Shown in pieces: positions 8,931 to 16,326 of a DNA stretch of 39,671 nucleotides. How positions within the stretch are numbered: the stretch's first letter is position 1; each line of letters starts with the position of its first letter. The notes beneath the pieces are model-generated. The model was given only the letters and a program-made list of their open reading frames with translations. It was not told the DNA's origin and searched no databases. Location of the stretch: positions 1-39,671 of the forward strand of contig JAGTUV010000426.1 in NCBI GenBank assembly GCA_018224305.1. The letters are read 5' to 3'. A program made the position numbers and the translations under genes. Source of the stretch: Gemmatimonadota bacterium. GTDB lineage: Bacteria; Gemmatimonadota; Gemmatimonadetes; Longimicrobiales; RSA9.

Positions 8931-9536
8931 TCACGCGGCGCGGACGCGCTGGTCGAGCAGCAGGTCCCGAATGAGGCGCAGCGTGGCGCCGTGCCTCAGC
9001 ATGCGCGGGTGCGTCGGCAGGCGCACCGTATGACATGGAGCGCCAGCCAGCACCGCACTGCGGCCGGGGACAATGCGCGTATCGATCGGAGAGCGGAGGC
9101 ATACGGCGCGGACGGACTCCGGCAGCGGCGCCGCGTTCAGGCGCTCGAGAAACTCGCTGCCCGGCCGCATCTCCGCGCCGCCGCGTCCCCACGCCAGCCA
9201 TGCCAGCCAGGTGCCGCGGTGCGGCGTGCCGGCGAAGATCGCGGTGTGCACATCCACCTCCCCGCCCTCCACCAGGTAGTGCCGCAGTGCCAGCCCGCCC
9301 ATGGAATGAGCCACGACGGCGATGCGCGCCGCACCGGCCCGCTCCTTCAACTGACGGATCGCGTGGCCGATCTCCTCCGCATGCTCGACATTGCTGCCGT
9401 AGCGATCCCGGAACGAGAGGCTCTGCACGCCTTCGTCGGACCAGCCCTCCGCGAGCAGGAACCGGCGACATGGCTCGAGCACCCGAGCCGTGTCGCTCCA
9501 GCCGGGAACGAGCAGAACGGGTGGACGCCCGCTCAT
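8931..9536 (-). CDS. Alpha/beta hydrolase (lipase/esterase-like)
   Basis: 201-aa product from the internal ATG at 9536; the track ORF extends to 9860. It begins MSGRPPVLLVPGWSD and has the nucleophile elbow VAHSMGG. Its ATG overlaps the yggX stop by 1 nt (TGATG). Confidence 0.8.
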   Translation of the reverse strand: MSGRPPVLLVPGWSDTARVLEPCRRFLLAEGWSDEGVQSLSFRDRYGSNVEHAEEIGHAIRQLKERAGAARIAVVAHSMGGLALRHYLVEGGEVDVHTAIFAGTPHRGTWLAWLAWGRGGAEMRPGSEFLERLNAAPLPESVRAVCLRSPIDTRIVPGRSAVLAGAPCHTVRLPTHPRMLRHGATLRLIRDLLLDQRVRAA

Positions 9537-9814
9537 CACCAGTTGATCTTCCCCTGCTGCGACGTGTCGATCTCTTCCGTCTGGCCGGACTTGAACAGGA
9601 ACGCGTCCATGTTCGACATCAGGAACTCCTTCGCGGGCTGATCGCGCACGTCGAGTCCATGATGGTTGATCAGAGCAGTCTGAAACTTCAGCCACGCGTC
9701 CCAGCACTCGCGACAGATCAACTCGTGCACCCGCGTGCCCAGCTCGTTGCGCAGCGGCGCCTTCGCCAGCTGCTCGCCGTCCCTGCCACACCGGACACAG
9801 GTTATCTCCGACAT
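9536..9814 (-). CDS. yggX: Fe(II)-trafficking / oxidative-damage protection protein YggX-like
   Basis: 92 aa. MSEITCVRCGRDGEQL...CRECWDAWLKFQTALINHHGLD..PAKEFLMSNMDAFLF parallels E. coli YggX in length and motif order. AAGGAG lies upstream of ATG 9814. Confidence 0.85.
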   Translation of the reverse strand: MSEITCVRCGRDGEQLAKAPLRNELGTRVHELICRECWDAWLKFQTALINHHGLDVRDQPAKEFLMSNMDAFLFKSGQTEEIDTSQQGKINW

Positions 9815-9869
9815 TCGGCTCCTTTACCAATGAATTCGAGGTCACTTCCATACCCCGCATGAATGCGAA

Positions 9870-9894
9870 GGGCCCCGGTACTGAACCGGGGCCC
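9870..9894 (-). terminator. GC-rich hairpin terminator downstream of the csp gene
   Basis: Stem GGGCCCCGG (9870-9878) / CCGGGGCCC (9886-9894) with a 7-nt loop, 18 nt after the csp stop. On the minus strand it is followed by TTCGCATTC, a partial U tract. Confidence 0.6.
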
Positions 9895-9911
9895 CCTGCG
9901 CAGGCAGCCTG

Positions 9912-10430
9912 TCAGTGCCGGTCCCGCCCGCCGCCGCCACCGTGGTCGCCGCTGCCGCCGCGCCCGCCGCCACTGCTGCCGTAATCGCCGCTGCCGCCAC
10001 TGCTGCCGTAGTCGCCGCTGCCGCCGCGCCCGCCGCCACTGCCACCGTAGTCGCCGCTGCCGCCACGGCCGCCGCCACTGCCACTACTGCCGCCACGCCC
10101 GCCGCCACCACCACTGCCGCCACGCCCGCCGCCGCCACCGCCGTAGCCACCGCCGCCGCCACCACCGCCGTAACCGCCGCCGCCTGCACTACCGCCCTGG
10201 CGGCGCGGTGCCTCGGCAGGCGGATTGAGGCGCACGACACTGGCCGCCTTCGGGCCCTTCGGTTCCTCGATGATTTCGAACTCGACTTCCTCGCCCTCGT
10301 AGAGCACCTTGAAGCCGCCGCCGTCAATGGCGCTGTAGTGCACGAAGACGTCGGGGCCACCCTCGCGCTGCAGGAAGCCGTAGCCCTTTTCCTGCGAGAA
10401 CCACTTGACGGTACCGTTGGTACGAGCCAT
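9912..10430 (-). CDS. Cold-shock domain protein with long C-terminal Gly/Arg-rich tail
   Basis: 172-aa product from ATG 10430; the track ORF extends to 10697. It begins [35 protein letters not shown], with RNP1 KGYGF and RNP2 VFVHY. Residues ~70-172 are GGSGDYG / RGGSGGG repeats. AGGAG lies upstream of the ATG. Confidence 0.9.
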   Translation of the reverse strand: MARTNGTVKWFSQEKGYGFLQREGGPDVFVHYSAIDGGGFKVLYEGEEVEFEIIEEPKGPKAASVVRLNPPAEAPRRQGGSAGGGGYGGGGGGGGYGGGGGGRGGSGGGGGRGGSSGSGGGRGGSGDYGGSGGGRGGSGDYGSSGGSGDYGSSGGGRGGSGDHGGGGGRDRH

Positions 10431-10540
10431 CGCTGTGAACTCCTGATGTGAATGGTAGCGACTGACGGGGTGCGGTGCGATGTGCCGTACCCGCGGTGGA
10501 GCACCGCGCTGTGGTTGGCGCCTGCGCGGTGAGGCGCATG

Positions 10541-10569
10541 AAAAAAGGACCTGCATTCGCCGCAGGTCC
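10541..10569 (-). terminator. Intrinsic terminator / attenuator in the csp upstream region
   Basis: On the minus strand: stem GGACCTGC / GCAGGTCC (10562-10569 and 10547-10554), 7-nt loop, then TTTTTT (10541-10546). The U tract ends 110 nt upstream of the csp ATG. Confidence 0.55.
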
Positions 10570-10726
10570 AGCTCCGGAGCGTGGGGCGCGAGGTGCGGGC
10601 AACGGCCACATTGCCTGCACCTGCCAAGATGGAGTGCGTGCGTGCGGCCGTCAAGCCGCGCGTCGTTGACGCTGCGGCGCAGGAGCGCTAGCCTCATCGC
10701 CGCTGACCGATCGCAGACTACGAAAG

Positions 10727-11074
10727 GTGTTCATGCCGGGTCTCAGGCGCAATAAAGAGGCGGATGGCGGGGCGTACACGTTCCGCGTGTCGGATGTATT
10801 GGATGTGCCGCTGCGCGGGACGGTGCTCCGTCTGCGGCTGGTCGAGGGCACGCCGTCGATGGGCGATCTCGGTGCCGGTTCGACACTGCTGCTGCGGTCC
10901 GGGAGCGGGGAGGAACGGACGGTCACCATCACCGGGCACGCGACCTCGAGCGGCAGGGCGACGCAGCAGCGGCTCGACCGAACCCGCGAGCTCGATGTCG
11001 TGATCTCCGATCATGAGGCCGGTGACGGCGGGCTGGTCGGGATCGGCTGGCTGGCGAGCGGTCCGACGGCGTGA
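10727..11074 (+). CDS. Small hypothetical protein (possible EF-Tu domain-II-like beta-barrel)
   Basis: 115-aa ORF with GTG 10727 or ATG 10733. Third positions are G/C-rich. Its stop is 1 nt before the GTG of the next gene, suggesting operon coupling. [25 protein letters not shown] loosely resembles translation-factor domain II. Confidence 0.5.
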   Translation: MFMPGLRRNKEADGGAYTFRVSDVLDVPLRGTVLRLRLVEGTPSMGDLGAGSTLLLRSGSGEERTVTITGHATSSGRATQQRLDRTRELDVVISDHEAGDGGLVGIGWLASGPTA

Positions 11075-11075
11075 T

Positions 11076-12080
11076 GTGAGCGGCACCGGGACGGACGGTG
11101 CGCTGGTCTACATGACCGGCGCGACCGGGTTCATTGGCGGCCGTCTGGCCCGTGCACTGATCGCGCGGGGCTACCGCCTGCGGTGCCTCGTGCGGACGCC
11201 GGAGAAGGCTGCGGACCTGGCGGCGCTGGGCGCGGAACTGATCACGGGCGACGCGGCGGATGAAGCGGCGGTGCGGAAAGGTCTCGCGGGCGCCCGCTTC
11301 GCATGCCACCTCGCAGGCTCGTACGAACTCGGTAACGTGGACGAGCCGGCGATGACGCGCGTGAACGTGGAGGGGACACGCACGTTCATTGCCGCGCTGC
11401 GCGATGCCGATGTCGAGCGGGCGATCTACACGTCCAGCACCGCCGCACTCGGCCCCGCGGCGGACGTGGGCGCTGACGACGACATATATCATGGTCCGTA
11501 TCCCTCCATCTATCACCGCACGAAGACCGAGGCCCATCATTTGGCTGTGGCGGCGCAGAAGGATGGTCTGCCGCTCGTGATCATCTGCCCCGCACTCGTG
11601 TACGGCCCCGGCGACAGCGGGCCGAGCGGACGTTACGTGCAGGATGTGCTGCGACACCGGGTGCCCGGTCTGTCGACGCGGCCGGCGTGGTTCTCGTACG
11701 CGCACGTCGATGATGTCGCCGCCGGGATGGTAGCCGCCCTCGAGCGAGGGCGGGCGGGAGCGACATACGTGCTCTCGGGCGAGCACGAGTCCGTGAACGA
11801 TTTCACGCAGCGCATCGCGCATCTGGGCGGCACGTGGGCTCCGCCGCTGCGCGTGCCGCCCTTCATGATCCGTCTGACGGGCACGCTGATGGACGCCGCC
11901 GGCCGGCTGCTCGGCAAGCGGCTTCCGGTGAGTCGCGAACTGGCCGATACGGCGGCCACGGGCGACCGCTGGCTGCACTCCCATGCTCGCGCGAGCGCCG
12001 AACTCGGCTATGCGCCGCGACCACTCGACGAAGGTCTGCCGGAAGTCGTGCGCGACGCACAGGCCCGGATCGCGCGCTGA
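11076..12080 (+). CDS. NAD-dependent epimerase/dehydratase (extended SDR)
   Basis: Rossmann motif MTGATGFIGGRLARAL near the N-terminus, plus YHRTK (the YxxxK catalytic pair). The start is taken at GTG 11076, right after the upstream stop; ATG 11112 is an alternative. Confidence 0.85.
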   Translation: MSGTGTDGALVYMTGATGFIGGRLARALIARGYRLRCLVRTPEKAADLAALGAELITGDAADEAAVRKGLAGARFACHLAGSYELGNVDEPAMTRVNVEGTRTFIAALRDADVERAIYTSSTAALGPAADVGADDDIYHGPYPSIYHRTKTEAHHLAVAAQKDGLPLVIICPALVYGPGDSGPSGRYVQDVLRHRVPGLSTRPAWFSYAHVDDVAAGMVAALERGRAGATYVLSGEHESVNDFTQRIAHLGGTWAPPLRVPPFMIRLTGTLMDAAGRLLGKRLPVSRELADTAATGDRWLHSHARASAELGYAPRPLDEGLPEVVRDAQARIAR

Positions 12081-12083
12081 ACC

Positions 12084-14540
12084 ATGGACGAACAACCGCC
12101 GCCACCGCGATTGCTGCGCCGCCGCCGCGACTGGATACTCGGCGGCCTCGTCGTCTTCATCGTCCTGCTCGGCCTGCTCTGGGAGCGGTGCGGGGTCAGC
12201 GGCTGCCCGAACGTCGAGCGGCTGACGTCCTACCAGCCGGGCGGGGCCACCGTTCTGCTGGATGCGAACGGCGAGCAGTTCGCGGACCTTGCCCCGATCG
12301 ATCACGCGGTGATCTCCCTCGACTCGCTGCCCGAACACGTACCTGCGGCGTTCATCGCGGTCGAGGACCACAGATTCTACGAGCACGGCGGCGTCGACTA
12401 TCGACGCGTGGTCGGTGCCGTCATCGCCGACATCAAGGCGCGCGGCTTCGTGCAGGGGTTCAGCACCATCACGATGCAGCTCGCGCGCAACGTGTGGCCG
12501 GACCGGCTGCCCGGTCAGCAGCGCACGCTGCGACGCAAGTTCCTCGAGATCCGGGTCGCGCGTGATATCGAGGACCAGTACGCGAAGGATGAGATCCTCG
12601 AGCTCTACCTGAACCACATCTACTTCGGCGGTGGCTCCTATGGCATCGAAGCAGCCAGTCGCAACTACTTCGACAAGCCCGCGGCGAGTCTGACGCTCGC
12701 GGAGGCCGCGCTCCTCGCCGCGATGCCGAAGTCGCCGACACTCCACAATCCGCGACGGTTCATCGACCGCGCGCGCACCCGTCGCAATCTCGTGTTGTCG
12801 CTGATGGCGCAGCAGGGTGCCGCGGATGCGGACGCGGTCGAGAGAGCACGCGAGATGCCGCTGGGCGTGCGCAGCGAGCCGCCGGTGCGTCGCGGTACCG
12901 TAGTCGTTGCGCCGTATTTCGTCGAGGCCACGCGCCGCATCCTGGAGGACCGATACGGCGAGGGCGTGTACACGTCGCCGCTGCGCGTGCACACGACGCT
13001 CGTGCGGGCTGCGCAGCACACGGCCGAGCAGCAGCTCGAGCAGCAGCTGAAGCGCATCGAGCAGGGCGTGTTCGGTGCCTACGACGGCGGACGCTACAGC
13101 GCCGGCTCTCCGCCGGTGGACGGCATCGACTATGTGCAGGGGGCGTTCGTGCTGATGGATGCGGCGACGGGCGATGTACAGGCGCTGGTTGGCGGCCGGG
13201 ATTTCAGGCATTCACGCTTCGACCGCGCGACGCAGGCCCGCCGGCAGGCCGGCAGTGCGTTCAAGCCGTTCGTGTTCGCGGCCGCGATTGCGGACGGCTA
13301 CGCTCCGAGCCAGCTCGTCTCCGACAGCGTGCTGCGCCTGGAACTCGCGGGCGGCGAGGTGTGGGAGCCACGCAATATCGGCGGTGAGTTCGAGGGCACG
13401 GTCACGTTGCGTGAGGCCCTCGTACGGTCGAAGAACCTGCCGGCGATCCGGCTGGCGGCGGACGTCGGCCTGAATAGTGTCACGCGGCTGGCCAGGCGTG
13501 CAGGCATTCGCAGCGAGATGCCGAACGTGCCGTCCATTGCGATCGGCACCGCCGGTGTCACGGCACTGGAGCTTACTGCGTCCTACACGCCGTTCGCGCG
13601 ACTCGGCACGGCCGTGTCCCCGCGTTTCGTGACGCGCGTGGAGGATGCCGGCGGTCGCGTGCTACGGGAGCAGGACGTCGATCCGCGCGAGGTGATGGAC
13701 AGCACGGCCGCGTTCCTGGTCACGGACATGCTGTCGGAAGCCGTCGAGAGCGGCACCGCGCGCGATGTCAGACGCGCAGGGTTCAGCGGTCCTGCGGCGG
13801 GGAAGACGGGAACCACCGATGACGGGGCCGATGCCTGGTTCGTCGGCTACACGACATCGCATGTGGCGACTGTGTGGATCGGCTTCGACCTGCCGCGCCC
13901 GATCGTCGAGGACGCGACGGGCGGCGCGCTGGCGGCGCCGGTATGGGCCCGTGTGATGCGCGAACATGCGACGACCCGTGCGTGGGCGACGCCATCCGGG
14001 ATCGTGGAGCAGCGCGTTGATCCCTCGACCGGGCTGCTGCTCACGCCCGGTTGCGAGCCGGAGCAGGGCCGTGCGGTTACGGAGCTGTTCGTGCGCGGCG
14101 ATGAGCCGGCGAGCGCGTGTCCGGTGGGCGAGCCGAAGGTCGAGGAGCGCGGTTTCTTCGCGCGCGTCGGTGGGTGGTTCGGCGCGCAGTGGCGGGGATT
14201 CAGCCGCTGGGTCACCCGTCACTTCGGATCGGAGCAGCCGCAGCGCGCGCCGCGCGAGGGCGACTACCTCGGTGTCCCGCGCCTGCCACGCGCCAGCGAC
14301 GTGAACGCCGAACCCGTCGATCCGGACTCCGTCCGGCAGCCGCTCGGCGTGCCCATCGAGGATGCGCCGCTGCCGGACACGGTCGGTGATACGGTCCGGG
14401 TGGATACGCTGCCGACGGAGCCGATACGTCTGGACACGCTGCTGCGGCAGGACACGCTGCGGCCACCGGTCACCGATACCGTAGTGCCGGTGCGCCCCGT
14501 GCCGCCGCCGCCTGACACGATCAGCTACATGACACGCTGA
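12084..14540 (+). CDS. Class A penicillin-binding protein (PBP1A family), paralog 1
   Basis: 818 aa with an N-terminal TM anchor. GT51 motifs are AVEDHRFYEHGGVD and TITMQLARN. Transpeptidase motifs are GSAFKPF (SxxK), SKN and KTGTT. The tail is Pro/Asp/Thr-rich. Confidence 0.95.
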   Translation: MDEQPPPPRLLRRRRDWILGGLVVFIVLLGLLWERCGVSGCPNVERLTSYQPGGATVLLDANGEQFADLAPIDHAVISLDSLPEHVPAAFIAVEDHRFYEHGGVDYRRVVGAVIADIKARGFVQGFSTITMQLARNVWPDRLPGQQRTLRRKFLEIRVARDIEDQYAKDEILELYLNHIYFGGGSYGIEAASRNYFDKPAASLTLAEAALLAAMPKSPTLHNPRRFIDRARTRRNLVLSLMAQQGAADADAVERAREMPLGVRSEPPVRRGTVVVAPYFVEATRRILEDRYGEGVYTSPLRVHTTLVRAAQHTAEQQLEQQLKRIEQGVFGAYDGGRYSAGSPPVDGIDYVQGAFVLMDAATGDVQALVGGRDFRHSRFDRATQARRQAGSAFKPFVFAAAIADGYAPSQLVSDSVLRLELAGGEVWEPRNIGGEFEGTVTLREALVRSKNLPAIRLAADVGLNSVTRLARRAGIRSEMPNVPSIAIGTAGVTALELTASYTPFARLGTAVSPRFVTRVEDAGGRVLREQDVDPREVMDSTAAFLVTDMLSEAVESGTARDVRRAGFSGPAAGKTGTTDDGADAWFVGYTTSHVATVWIGFDLPRPIVEDATGGALAAPVWARVMREHATTRAWATPSGIVEQRVDPSTGLLLTPGCEPEQGRAVTELFVRGDEPASACPVGEPKVEERGFFARVGGWFGAQWRGFSRWVTRHFGSEQPQRAPREGDYLGVPRLPRASDVNAEPVDPDSVRQPLGVPIEDAPLPDTVGDTVRVDTLPTEPIRLDTLLRQDTLRPPVTDTVVPVRPVPPPPDTISYMTR

Positions 14541-14572
14541 AGCTTTCGCGTCCAGTGTTGTGATTCAGGTAC

Positions 14573-14752
14573 TCAGCCCGTCCACTTCACGAATTCGAAC
14601 GCGGTGTGGCAGTCCATGCACCAGTACGTGGCGACGGAAAGCTGCGGGCCGAATGGCGAGTGGAGCTCGGTATTGCGGCGGTCGCAGAACGGGCAGGGGA
14701 CGTGCTCGGGAAGGCCGTACTGCGCAGCGTCAGGGACCGTGCGGGACCGCAT
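14573..14752 (-). CDS. PaaD-like zinc-ribbon protein (59 aa; not in the supplied ORF track)
   Basis: Hand translation of the minus strand gives MRSRTVPDAAQYGLPEHVPCPFCDRRNTELHSPFGPQLSVATYWCMDCHTAFEFVKWTG. The pattern CPxC-x21-CxxC plus TEL..S.FG and F.F.K matches the C-terminal Zn ribbon of PaaD. The ATG lies 2 nt after the paaC stop. Confidence 0.75.
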   Translation of the reverse strand: MRSRTVPDAAQYGLPEHVPCPFCDRRNTELHSPFGPQLSVATYWCMDCHTAFEFVKWTG

Positions 14753-14754
14753 CG

Positions 14755-15570
14755 TCAGTCCATCAGGAATTCGCGGTTGCGGTCCCCGCGAATCTGGGTG
14801 ATCGTGCGTTCGTCGGGTGATGTACCGGGTGTGCGCCGCGTGGCCTCATCGAACGTCGAGAAGTCGGGCTCGAGATCGCCAAATGCACCGGCGCCCCCGA
14901 TGTCGCGCAGCAGCGCAGCCGCTCTCTCCACATAGCGTGAACGCATGTCGCTGCCGACGGCGTCGATCAGACTGGCGTCATGGATCGCGTTGGCGCGATT
15001 GGAATCGGGTCCGAACCAGCGCAGCACGATGGGTGTGATGGCGGCGATGGCCGTCTTCATGGCCTCATGGCCCTCGTCACCCGATGCGGCAATGCGACGC
15101 AGCCACGCGGCACCGTGCGCTGCGTGGAACCGCTCTTCCTCGATCACCTTCTGCACACGCTGACGCAGCGGCAGGTAGTTCGACTCGGCGAGCGCTTCGA
15201 ACTGGAGCGTGAGAGCGAGATCCACGAACGCGTTCACAGCCACCAGTTCCGGCCATGAGCCGGGCTCCGCATCGAGTGCCTCGATGCTCCGGTATTCGGC
15301 CGCGGTACGCCCGTGCTCCAGTGCGTCGACGTCCTCGCCGAAATCCTTCAGCAATGCATAGAGCAGGCGCGCGTGGCCCCACTCATCCTGCGCCATCGAC
15401 GCACACGCGATCCCCGCCTCCAGCTCCGGTGCGCCCAGCATCCAGTTGCCGTAGCGCATCCCCAGCAGCCTCTTCGAGTCCGCCAGCACGAGGATCAGGT
15501 CACGTACCGCTTCCCGCTGCTCTGCCGTCAGTTCACCCGCTTTCGCGGCCTCGCGCAGCGCCGTACTCAC
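14755..15570 (-). CDS. paaC: 1,2-phenylacetyl-CoA epoxidase subunit C-like (PaaC)
   Basis: 271 aa, ferritin-like. LGMRYGNWMLGAPELEAGIACASMAQDEWGHARLLY and EERFHAAHG are typical of PaaC-type subunits. The GTG start overlaps the paaB stop (GTGA). Confidence 0.85.
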   Translation of the reverse strand: MSTALREAAKAGELTAEQREAVRDLILVLADSKRLLGMRYGNWMLGAPELEAGIACASMAQDEWGHARLLYALLKDFGEDVDALEHGRTAAEYRSIEALDAEPGSWPELVAVNAFVDLALTLQFEALAESNYLPLRQRVQKVIEEERFHAAHGAAWLRRIAASGDEGHEAMKTAIAAITPIVLRWFGPDSNRANAIHDASLIDAVGSDMRSRYVERAAALLRDIGGAGAFGDLEPDFSTFDEATRRTPGTSPDERTITQIRGDRNREFLMD

Positions 15571-15812
15571 GTGTGCACCGTCGCGCTTTCACCGGCAGGC
15601 TCACCGGCTGCGGGCTCGAACTCCGCCGCATCGAGTCGGTTGAACACCTCGATGAAGCGCTCACGCTGCACGATAAACATGTCGAACCACTTCTCCTCGT
15701 CGTACGTGCTGAACGCATACACCTTCGCCAGGTCGTCATCGGGCGCGTTCAGGCTGCCGATGTGACGGAGCGGCTCACCACGCGACTTGCGTGCGAATAT
15801 CTCGTATATCAT
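15567..15812 (-). CDS. paaB: 1,2-phenylacetyl-CoA epoxidase subunit B-like (PaaB)
   Basis: 81 aa. MIYEIFARKSRGEPLRHIGSLNAPDDDLA..A...Y fits the small PaaB family. GAGGAG lies upstream of ATG 15812. Confidence 0.85.
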   Translation of the reverse strand: MIYEIFARKSRGEPLRHIGSLNAPDDDLAKVYAFSTYDEEKWFDMFIVQRERFIEVFNRLDAAEFEPAAGEPAGESATVHT

Positions 15813-15862
15813 GCAGCCCTCATCTCCTCAGCGGACAGCTTCGCGGTGACGGCGGCAACCGG

Positions 15863-16297
15863 TCAGGCCGCCACGCCGAAGCTCTTGAGCAGCGCGCGTG
15901 CGTGCGCGGTCATGTCATCGTTGTGCCACGGTGGATCCCATACGTCGAGTACAGTGACGCTGCCGACTCCGTCCTCCTGCATCAGCCGCTCGCGGATGTC
16001 GAGGATGATGAACTCCATGCACGGGCAGGCGCTGGCCGTGAACGTCACATCGACATGCACCGCGTCACCGTCGCGTCGCATGGCGCGGATCAGGCCGAGA
16101 TCGACGAGGCTGACCGGCAGCTCGGGATCGGCGACTTCGCAGAGTGCGCGCCACAGAACATCGACGTCCGGATCGTCAGAGCGGTAGCGCTCATCACGCG
16201 GCGAGTCCGAAGCACGCAGCTCGTGCGTGGTGCGCGTGGATGCATCCAGGACCGCTTTGTTGCGATGCTTCGCGCGAGCATCCTGCTCATGGTCCAT
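15863..16297 (-). CDS. DUF59 (metal-sulfur cluster assembly / PaaD N-terminal-domain-like) protein
   Basis: 144-aa product from ATG 16297, which lies after the paaA stop at 16327; the track ORF overextends to 16441. VADPELPVSLVDLGLI...V.VDVTFTASACPCMEFI is the DUF59 signature. There is no Zn ribbon at its C-terminus. Confidence 0.8.
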   Translation of the reverse strand: MDHEQDARAKHRNKAVLDASTRTTHELRASDSPRDERYRSDDPDVDVLWRALCEVADPELPVSLVDLGLIRAMRRDGDAVHVDVTFTASACPCMEFIILDIRERLMQEDGVGSVTVLDVWDPPWHNDDMTAHARALLKSFGVAA

Positions 16298-16326
16298 GGT
16301 GACCCCGTTGCCGGCCGGCTCGTGCT

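Noticed and set aside
9842-10654. Ala-rich and Arg-rich ORFs (9842-10654 minus, 9863-10228 plus, 9915-10451 plus) and the repetitive DNA at 9915-10226, considered as a possible CRISPR or microsatellite array
   Set aside because: They are alternative-frame readings of the Gly-rich tail of the cold-shock protein. The repeats are imperfect, contiguous and have no spacers, so this is coding low-complexity sequence, not CRISPR.
10929-13211. 760-aa minus-strand ORF, the longest in this region
   Set aside because: It is antisense to the SDR epimerase and PBP1A genes, which have unmistakable family motifs. Its product is Arg/Ala/His-rich with no recognisable domain, a typical high-GC shadow ORF.
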